Below the pieces are notes generated by a model. That model did not search any database, was not told the origin of the DNA, and saw nothing but the letters and a program-made list of their open reading frames with translations. Positions 1 to 9,200 of a DNA stretch of 20,000 bases are shown piece after piece. Source of the DNA: an uncultured virus (IMG/VR IMGVR_UViG_3300027776_000003) (Duplodnaviria; Heunggongvirae; Uroviricota; Caudoviricetes). Position 1 is the first letter of the stretch. Each line of letters begins with the position of its first letter. Position numbers and translations under genes: made by a program. Location: positions 48,882 through 68,881 of the IMG/VR virus record IMGVR_UViG_3300027776_000003. The stretch is one strand, 5' to 3'.

Positions 1-1
1 C

Positions 2-260
2 TAGCGGCGTCGGCTCGCGCTCCACGCGAAACGTGCCGAGCACGCCCTGCTTCCGGTCCCGCCGCATCTTGGCGACGTCGATCACGAGGAGGCCCTCGTC
101 GGAGTCGTTTGCGTACCCGCGCGGGATGTCCTCCGAAGGGTGCGCGAAGACCGCGTTGCCGATGTGGCGATTCGCGAGCCCGCGCCGCTCGTTACTCGCG
201 AGCAGCCCCTCGGAGAGGATCGCCTCGTGATTGTCGGGATCGGTGCCGTGATACAGGACC
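2..260 (-). other. HGT-type (Tpt1/KptA- or PARP-like) ART domain, truncated by window edge
   Basis: VLYHGTDPDNHEAILSEGL...AVFA...GY...LLVID. Confidence 0.7.
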
Positions 261-3200
261 GACGGGCCGTGCTCCGCCCAAAAGTCGGCGTGCACCTCTT
301 CGTTGAGGCGGGTCACCTCATCGTCCACGTTGAGGTCGTCCACGAACTCCCGCACGCTCTCCACGCGAGAATAGCCGCCGCCGGTGACGCCGGGCTCCCA
401 TGTGATGACCGCCGTCTCCTCCTCCCCTCGGTGCGTGCGCGTGAACGTGGCCGCGTGCGCGTGCCCATAAGCAGACAGGTCTTGGCGCTCGGCGCCGAAG
501 TGCCGCAACACCTCATCGAACTGCTCGGGGGTCGCGGCCTCGTCGGCAGCGGCTTCGATGTCATCGCCCCATCCATCGTCGCCGTTGTCGGGGTCCGCCG
601 GCCACGGGCGCCAGCCGGCCGCCGGGTGCTCGCGGTAGAACGCCTCGGACGCTTCGGCGATGTCGGGGAACATCTCCCCCTGATTCTTGTCCCGGAACCG
701 GCCGATGTTGTCCCGGGGATGCTCCGCCTCAAAGTCCGCGCTCTTGTGGAACTTGTTCGAGCGCGTCGGGCGCGGGTTGAAGGCGCTCTTGATCTGGTTC
801 GGCGACAGCGGGATGAAGACGTAGTTGTCGCCGCCCTGCACCGCCTCGTTTGGCGAGGTGTTGGTATAGCGCAGCCCATCGTGGCCGCTGTCCTTCAACC
901 ACTGGCGATAGCGCCGCATCACCCGGAAGGCGAGCCCCTGCTTCGCCGGGTCACCGCGATGCAACACGAGGCGATCCGAGTGATTCCGGAGGATGAAGTG
1001 TTGCAGCGAGCGGTAGGTGGTCGTGCCGCTGTTGTGCTGGTTCGGCCACTCGAACCCGTCCCGCGCGGTCATCTTCTCGTGGAGCTTGCGCGCGTTGTCG
1101 CGCCACTCCCGGCCCTTGTAGTCATAACCGTTCTCCTGCCCGATCTCCGTCATCCACTCATAGAGCAGCTTTGGGCTCGCGGTGAGCGCCTGCGTGTACG
1201 CGTCGGCGGCCACCGCCTCCTCATCGCCCACCCGGCCCGACGAGATGTTCTCGTCGTCGTCGTACAGGTCTCGGAAGTGTGGTTGTGGGACTACACGCGG
1301 ATTGCGGATGGCGAGGTAGACCGGCACGACTCGCCCACCGGGCTTCGCGGCGAATGGCGTCGCGTCCCGCATCCACGACGGCACGGTCTCGCCGGCGGCG
1401 GCCATACGCGCAGCGTTTTCGTCCTGCACGAAGTCCCGGCCGTGCACCGCGAGCCCTTCGCGCAACAGGCGGTCGGCGCCCCACTGATCATCTTCGCGGG
1501 CGTAGATGCCCGCCGCGAACTGTGCCGCCGTCGCGGGCTCGCCGGTGAAGTGCGGCCCGAGCGCGCGGTCGATGGTCGTGCCGGTGTGGATGACGTGTCC
1601 GTTGCCGATGTCCTTCGTCTGGTCCGGGGGATCGCCCCGGAAGTTCGAGAACTGGTGGCGGGTGCCGTGGTACATCTGGCGCGGGGTGCCGTCAGCGTTC
1701 GTGACGACCGACCCGCCGAACCACTTCCGCCACTCGGGCGTGTCCCATCCCCCGCCCGGGAGCGGCTCGGGATCGCCGGCCATCACGGTCGAGTTGCGCC
1801 GCCAATGCGGCACCGTCGCATCGAGCAGCGCGGCCCCCTCACCCGTGGCGCCGCCCCATCGCACGCGATCCCCCTCGCGCTGGTCGAGGAACGCGCGAAT
1901 GAGTGCGCGCCCCACGCCTTGCCGGCGTGCGTCGGGGTGTACCGCGATCATCGAGACGGAATCCTCCCCGTTGTAGCTGACCGCTTGCACGACGCCGACC
2001 GCGCGGCCGCTGGCGTCCCGCGCCACGACGTTGTAGTTGACCTGTCCGCTGTACGCGTCGGTCACCTCGGTCGAGAACGACAGCGCCGTCTTGACCCACT
2101 GGCCGCCGTTCGGCTCACCCTTGGGCGCGCGCGGCTGGTCCGCGTCGAACTTCTGCACGCGTGCCTTGCGCGTGATCGTGATGTCCCCCGGCAGCCACAG
2201 CCACCGATCCTCTGACGATGGCGCATGCGCCACCGAGGCGGCCTTGCCGATGGTCGCTTTCGGCGTGTAGTGTGGCGCCAGCTTGGGCACCACCGTGATG
2301 ATCGCCATCGGGTTGCCGGCCATCGTGCGGTAGAACTGCCGGTGTTTCACGACGAACTCGGTCGCCGGCGGCAGGATGTACTCCTGCTCGTGCGAGCGAA
2401 TCGCCGGGATCGCGGGCCATCCGTCGGGCCAGATCGTTCGGATGATGGTGCCGCCGGCCCCGGCGAAGCTGGTCGCATTAGCCGGGTGTGTCGAGAACGA
2501 CGCGAACCCCTTGTCGGTGAATGCGTCGCCGGGCTTGAGCCTCGCGAGATCGCCCGCCAGCTCTCCCCGTACACCGCGATACATCTCGGTATCGCCGGCG
2601 TGCGGGAAGTGCCGAATCATCTCCTCCATGAGATCGAAGTCCGCCTTGCCGCGCTGCTCCGTCGCGTCGTCGAGCGACCACTGTCGCGTGCGAATGCCGC
2701 GCGCCGAGTCGTTGATCGGCGACGAGGACCGCTGATACCGTGAGATCGAGCCGCGCAAGAACGCGAGCGGGCCGCCCGACATTCGCAGCGCCTCGTCCGC
2801 ATCATCCTCGTAGCCCGGGAGCCCCGACAGTTCCGCCACGCGCTTCATGCGCTCCGTCACCGCGCCGCTCGTCGCCACGCCGGCGGCCGACCACGCCGCC
2901 TCGCTTCGCGTTTCGTGGTCAGAGTCCTCGACGGAGACGGCCTCCATCATCCCTCGGCTCCAATAGCCGAACGCCTCGTGCTCCGGCACGAACTGCACGC
3001 GCGCGCCCTTGGGGCCGTCCGTCGTCTGGTGCACCATGATGCCGACCCCGTTCTCGTCAGGGTCGATGCCACGGTTCACTTCCGCCACCATGCGCCGCTG
3101 CTCGCTGAGCATGTTCGCAGCGGACCGCGAGAACTCGTGGCGCCTAACGACCGCTTCGGCTGCGGCCTTGGCCTCCTCCATCGAGCCGTAGAACTTGCGC

Positions 3201-6200
3201 TGTGATGGCTGCGATGTATCAACCGGCACGAACTGGTTGATGTACGCGCTGATCGGGTCGATGACGAAGCCCTTGCTGCCAGCCGGGCTAATGACCAGCG
3301 TCCCGCGCAGCACCGACTCGTCAGCGGGCATCCACACGCCTTGCACGAGCTGGAAGGTGTCCTTGATCACGCCGCTCGCGATGGCGGTGCGCGCACGCTT
3401 GGCCTCTGCGGGCGACGAGAAGACAAACGCGCTTCGGCCATCCGGCCCCACCACGAACTCGGGCGCGTCCTCGCCAGTGTGCTGCGGGTACGCCTCAATC
3501 TCTTCGGGCGCTTGCGGTCCGGCTGCAACGGCCTCCACGCGGGCGGACCACGTGAGCGACGCCGCGAGGGCGCGCCCAACGCTCGCCGCTGTCGCGACGA
3601 ACTCGTTCTGGCCCGGCACCTCGGTGGCCATGCCTAACAACGCCTCGGCTTCTTCCTTCGTCGGCTTGAGCACCGCGAACTCCGGCCGGCGCCCATCGTG
3701 GTTGTAGTTGCTCGTGTGGCGTTGGATCGTCGCGATGCGCGACAGGCTATGCCCCGCGACGCGCACCGGCATGTCGTCCGGGCTGATGAACTGCCCGCCC
3801 GTCGGGTCGCCGGCCGCTGCGTGCAACATGCCGTTGGCATCCACGACGCCCGGCGCGGCCTTCGTGATGTTCGGGTCGCGGCGGTCGTAGGTGCCTCGAT
3901 TGCCGACCGCCGATTTCACCTGACGGGACGACCAGACGATGTAGTGCGCGGCATCCCCGCGCTGAAACTTGTGCTGCATCCCATTGAACACGCCCGGGTC
4001 CATGATGATGCCGTCGAACTTGAGGCGCCGCACGAGGTCGCGCTGGAACTGCTTGTACATGTTCGGGAACGTGTCGGTGCGCCCCCGCAGACGAGGGTCT
4101 CCCGCCCCCTCCACGTCGATCTGGCTGTCCATGAACGCGTAGCGAGTCGTCGCCGCCGTGAGCGCCTCGCCGAGGTCGATCTTCCCCTCGCCCCACTCCT
4201 CGCGGCGCATGGCGACATGCTCAAAGAATCGCTGTTGCATGTCCGCCACCTCCCCATCGCGCATCCCGTACTCGGCCCCCACGTCACGGAGCGCGCGCGC
4301 GAACAGCCGCACGCCGCGCCGGTCGAGGGTCGTCGGCTCGCCGTATCGGAATGACAGCTCCGACCCCTTCGCGTAGAGCAGCGCCGGCTTTTTCATCGCG
4401 AGGAACACGGGGACCGTCGCGCCGCCGTGAGTCACGCCGAGCGACTCGCGCGCGATCCGCAACTTCTCCTCCCGGGGGAGGTCGGCGCCGTCATCGTCGC
4501 GGTCGATGTTGGCCTCGATCCAGAGTTCGAGGTTGTTCCGGAGGTCGGGGCCGTCTGCCGAGGCGTAGTGTGCGCCGGCGTCCCCGAGGTCGTCGGTGAA
4601 GTAGTGGCCCGCGCCGAAGAAGTTGTCGGGGTTCGCGTAGGCGTAGCCGAACTCCTCGAAATCGCGCGTGGTCCCGTGCAGCACGGCCTCCGTGACCTTC
4701 GATCCGTCCATGAAGCGGCGCAGGTTCGCGGCCGCCTCCCCGAGCCCGGACGCTTCCAGCTCGCGCGCGTGATCCTCATACGACCGCCCGTCACCGAGCG
4801 ACGGCGCGCTCCCCTTCACCCACTGGCCACCGTTCGGCTCGCCCTTGGGCGCGCGCGGCTGGTCCGCGTCGAACTTCTGCACGCCGTCGGTTGGCGTCGG
4901 CATGGCATACGTGGGCCATTCGTCATAGAGGACGCGCCCCCCGCGCGAGATCGAGTCGGCCGGCCGATCCTGCCACGACTTCCCGAGCGCCGAGACCGTC
5001 CGTTTCCGCCCGGCGCTTACGACGCGTGCATAGCGCAGCCCCATGACGCGCGCGAAGTGGCGCATCGCCACGTGCGAGTGCTCGTTAATGGTGCGAACGT
5101 TCGCCTCTTCATTGGACATCCCACCGTTCACGCGCGTGGCCCATCGGTTGTTGAACGTGACGTGATGGCGGTCGAAGAAGTGGTCGGCAATCATGGCCAT
5201 CGCGATAGCGGCGCGCTCGTCCGGCGTGCGGTCCGTGTCCCCGGCTTGCATCCAGCGCGGGCGGAGCGTTCCCTCGATCTGCTCGCGCAGGAACCGTGTG
5301 TCGTGTCTCGCTTCGCTGCGCCGAATCGGCGTGTCGTTCGCGGACTCCTTCTCGTAATGCGCCGCGTGGTCGCGCACGAACTTGTCGATGGCGGTCGTCG
5401 CGTCCCAATCTTTCGGCCGCTGGAGTCGGTAGAGCACGCGCTGGCCATCCCACGACGTGCCAACCGCGCGGAGTTCCGCCATCCGCGTGCGGGTGAAGAT
5501 GGCCATGTCGTCCGTCGAGAACGAGGACGCGTTCGGGTGGTTGTGCGTCAGCGTGCCGCCGGCCATCGCGCGTAGTTCGTCGTCGGTGAACTCGACGGAG
5601 TTGTGGTTCCCCGTCTTCTCGAAGTTTGCCCCGACGCCGCCCGTCAGCGCCGCCGTCTCGATCTCGTCCTCGGCGATGCCCATCTCGAAGGCGGTCATCG
5701 TGCTGCCGGTTCGCGCCCACCGCCCACCGCCCTTCTGCCCCTTGGGGATGCGCGGCTGGTCGGCCTCGAACTTCACCACGTTGTGCCTGACGGTCGCGAC
5801 GCCCGCGCGCGCGAGCGCCCGTCGCACGGCGGCGATGGTGCGCGGTGCGTAGGATGCGAATCGGGTCGGGGCCATGCCGGCAACCTGCTGTGCCCCGAAG
5901 AGGTAGCTCGCCGCGTGGGCGAACGCTTCCTTGGGCGACGACAGCGCGTAGACGATGTTATCCTCGTCGAACGCGTTCGGCGCGATGGCGAGGGTGCGCT
6001 CGATCTTCTTCTTGTCGCGGGCGAGCGACCCGCGCACCGACGCCTTGTCCCACCCCCAATGACTCAGGGGCGCGGAGCCACCGATGGCGTAGTCGAGCGC
6101 GTGGCCGAACTCGTGCAGCACGATCTCGTGGAACACCGCGTCGGCCTTCTGCTCGTCGGTGAGGGCAATCACCTTGGTATGCCGGCGCGCGGTGATCCCA

Positions 6201-9200
6201 TCGTCCACGACGTGAACCATCGCCGCCATCTTGATCGTTGAGAACAGCACACCCCGGACAGGTCCGTCGCCGTCGTCCACGGAGTAGTGCAGCCCAGCCG
6301 CCGCCGCGAAACGCTCCGACGGCACGTGCCCAATCGCGGTGCCGGCGGCTGCCTCCTCCATCGAGGCCGCGACCGACACCCCCTCCGTGAGCGATGCCGC
6401 GATGCGGCGCCGCGCGCTGACCGGGAGCGTGTTGAAGATCGTCCGCACGCGCTTCGCATTCGCCCGCGCGGTGGCGTCGAGATCGGCACTCATCGCGGTG
6501 GGTCGGATGAGCAGCCCGTCAGGCCCACTCGCGTCAGCCAGCCCCGCGTAGCGGTTCCAGTCGGGTCGGCTGTCGATCACCCCGAGCGCGTCACTCCACC
6601 GCCCGCGCTCGTCGCGCGGCTGGTCGGCCCGGTACTTCTCGATCACGGTGAGGATCGCCTTCCGCATGTCGTCCGGGGACGCTGGCGGCCCTTTCTTCTT
6701 TCCCTTCTTTGGCGTCGTGCGGGCGAGCCCCGGCCGGCGCCGAACCGTGCGCTCCGGGTCCACATCCGGCTCGACGAATGCCTCGGGCTCGGCGGTGTCG
6801 GGCTCGGGCAGCGGATCGAGATCACGCGCGAGCGGGTCCGGCGCGCGCTTCCGGTCCGCGATGCGTTCGAGCAGCGTCTTGAACCACTCACGCGCCGCGC
6901 GCACCGCTTCGTTCTTGTTGTCACCGAACAGCGGCTCCCACCACGCGGAGCCCTTCGGATCGCCTTCCGGCGGCCCGGTCTCCACCACGGGGAACGGCCG
7001 CTCATCGGGTCCAACGGAGCCAAGCCGCGCCGGGAAGTTGGCGACGAGCGCATCGGCCGCGTCGGCGAGCATCTGATCGGCCGCCTCGGGGCTCACCTCC
7101 CACTCAGGCGGCAACGCGCCCGGGGCGGGAGTGATCACGAGCGTGCAGCGGCAGCCGTACGATTGCGGCGGCCCCCACACGGACTCGCCATCCACGATGA
7201 ACGACTCGTCGTAGGTGAGCGTCACGCCGTCCACCTCGCGGTGTTGGTCGCGCACCTTGTGGTCGCCCATCGTTTTCCACCGCTTCGTGATGCGCGTCGT
7301 GTCCGTGCCGGTGGCCGCGATGAACGCGTCCCACCCGGCGCGGAGCGTGGCGAGGTCGCGCTCGCGCCATTCCTTCATCGCCTCGACGCCGCGCAGATAC
7401 TCGTCGGCCCGGCGTCGGTACACGCCAGCCATGCGGTCGATCTGCTCCTGCGTGAACGGGGCGATCCCCCGGTCGCCGCGCTCCCATGCGGTGAGCGCCC
7501 CGATCCCTACCTGCGACAGGCGGTCATCGCCGCGCTGGTCGCGGAACACGCGCGCAAGGGCCATCGGATCGAGAGCTTGCAACTGGCGGCGGTAGCTCTC
7601 GGTCCACGCCGCGAGCCGACGCGCGCCGGCCTCGGACAGCGGCGGGAGCGTGTCGAGCGTGGCCTTCCCGACCGTGGCGCGCGAGGTGCGCCGCGTGATC
7701 GTGATGTCACCCGGGAGCCACACCCACCGATCATCCGGCGACGGCGCCGGGAGGTTCGGGTTCTCCTGCTTCGCAACCGTCGCCTTGGGCTTATACGCCT
7801 TCTGGAGGCGCGGGACGACCGTGACGAGCGTCATCGGGCTTTGCGTGACGGTGCGAAAGTGCTCGACGTGCTTGACGGTGAACTCCGTCCCGGGCGGGAG
7901 GATGTACTCCTGCTCATCGGAGCGCAGCGCCGGGATGGCGGGCCATCCGTCGGGCCAGATCGTTCGGATGATCGTGCCGCCCCTGCCGGCGAAGCTGAAC
8001 GCGTTCGTGTGGTGTGTCGTGAAGCTCGCAAAGCCCTTGTCGGTGAACGCGTCGCCAGACTTGAGCACCGCCAGATCACCCGCGAGCGCGCCCCTCACTC
8101 CGCGAAACATCTCCCGTGCGCCTTGCAACGGGAAATGCGGCACGAGCGCCGCCATGAGATCGAAGTCTGCCTTTCCAATCTCCGCCTGCCTGTCCTGTAA
8201 CGCGAAGTCACGCGTGCGGATACCGCGCGCCGAGTCGTTGATCGGCGACGATGACCGTTGGTAACGCTTGATCGAACCGCGCAGCGTGCCGAGCGTCCCG
8301 TTATCTCCGTGCGCCTCTTCGATGACGTCGGCGTCGCCCCCTGTCAGGCTTGGGTGCACAAGCCGCACGACGCGCGCGGCGGCCGCCGTGATGGCCGGGT
8401 CGTTGGCGCCCTCGCTCGACTCCGCAGCGGACCACGCGCGCCGGCTTTCCTCCTTTTGGTGGTCATCCTCGACGAGATGCGCCTGCATCATCGCGCGGTC
8501 GGCGTACCCAAACGCGATGTGCTCCGGGGAGAAATGGCCATACAACACGCGCGGCCCGTCCGATGTCTCCCCGAACACACGGAGCCCCGGTCCATCCTCC
8601 ACTACGGGGTCGATGCCGTTCTGTAGTGTTTCGGCGATCCAATACGCATCACCAAGATTCCGGGTGGCGGTCTCGTGCCACGCAAGACGCCGCATGATCG
8701 TACGCGCCTCAGCGGTGGCTCCTTCCAACGTGGGAAACCACGCGGCGGGTAGCTCCGAGCGCATGACATACGGCGCAGCGCCGGATGCTGCTATCACCGA
8801 GTAGCCGTTTGAGTCCGGGTGGATCGAGAGCGCCGGCTCATCGACACTCTGCCCGTTCGCGTAAGCCGCTTTTGCCCGATCCGCGTCCTCCTGCGATGCG
8901 TAGACGTGCCACCAGCCGGACCCGTCTTGATCCTCGACGATGGCCGGCTCCGCCGCGTTTGGGTGTTGGGGGTATGCGGCCAGCTCGTCGTCGGTCCGGT
9001 CTCGACGCTGCGCCCACCCTTTCAGCCGGTCGCGATACTGCACCGACGCGAGGAGCGCAGCCTCAAACTTCCGCGCCGTCGTCACCGGGTTGTAATCATC
9101 CGAGGCAATGGCCGCGATGGCTGCGGCCTCGGCCTCCGACTCGTACAGCGCGGATGTGTCGGGACGCAACGCGCCTGCACGCACGGCGCGCAGCGCACGC

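Larger units (their letters stand above)
2090..4884. repeat. ~71-bp near-identical direct repeat (2090-2160 and 4814-4884) encoding VQKFDADQPRAPKGEPNGGQWVK
   Basis: Three synonymous differences by eye; identical peptide. Confidence 0.92.

Noticed and set aside
1..3. cta at positions 1-3 as a TAG stop for the giant ORF
   Set aside because: Out of frame; the giant ORF's last complete codon is 2-4 (CTA, Leu), so the gene continues beyond the window.
8400..9200. Apparently more A/T-ending codons in the variable domain of ART module 1, suggesting recent acquisition
   Set aside because: Only a visual impression; it needs a sliding-window GC3 calculation before it can be claimed.
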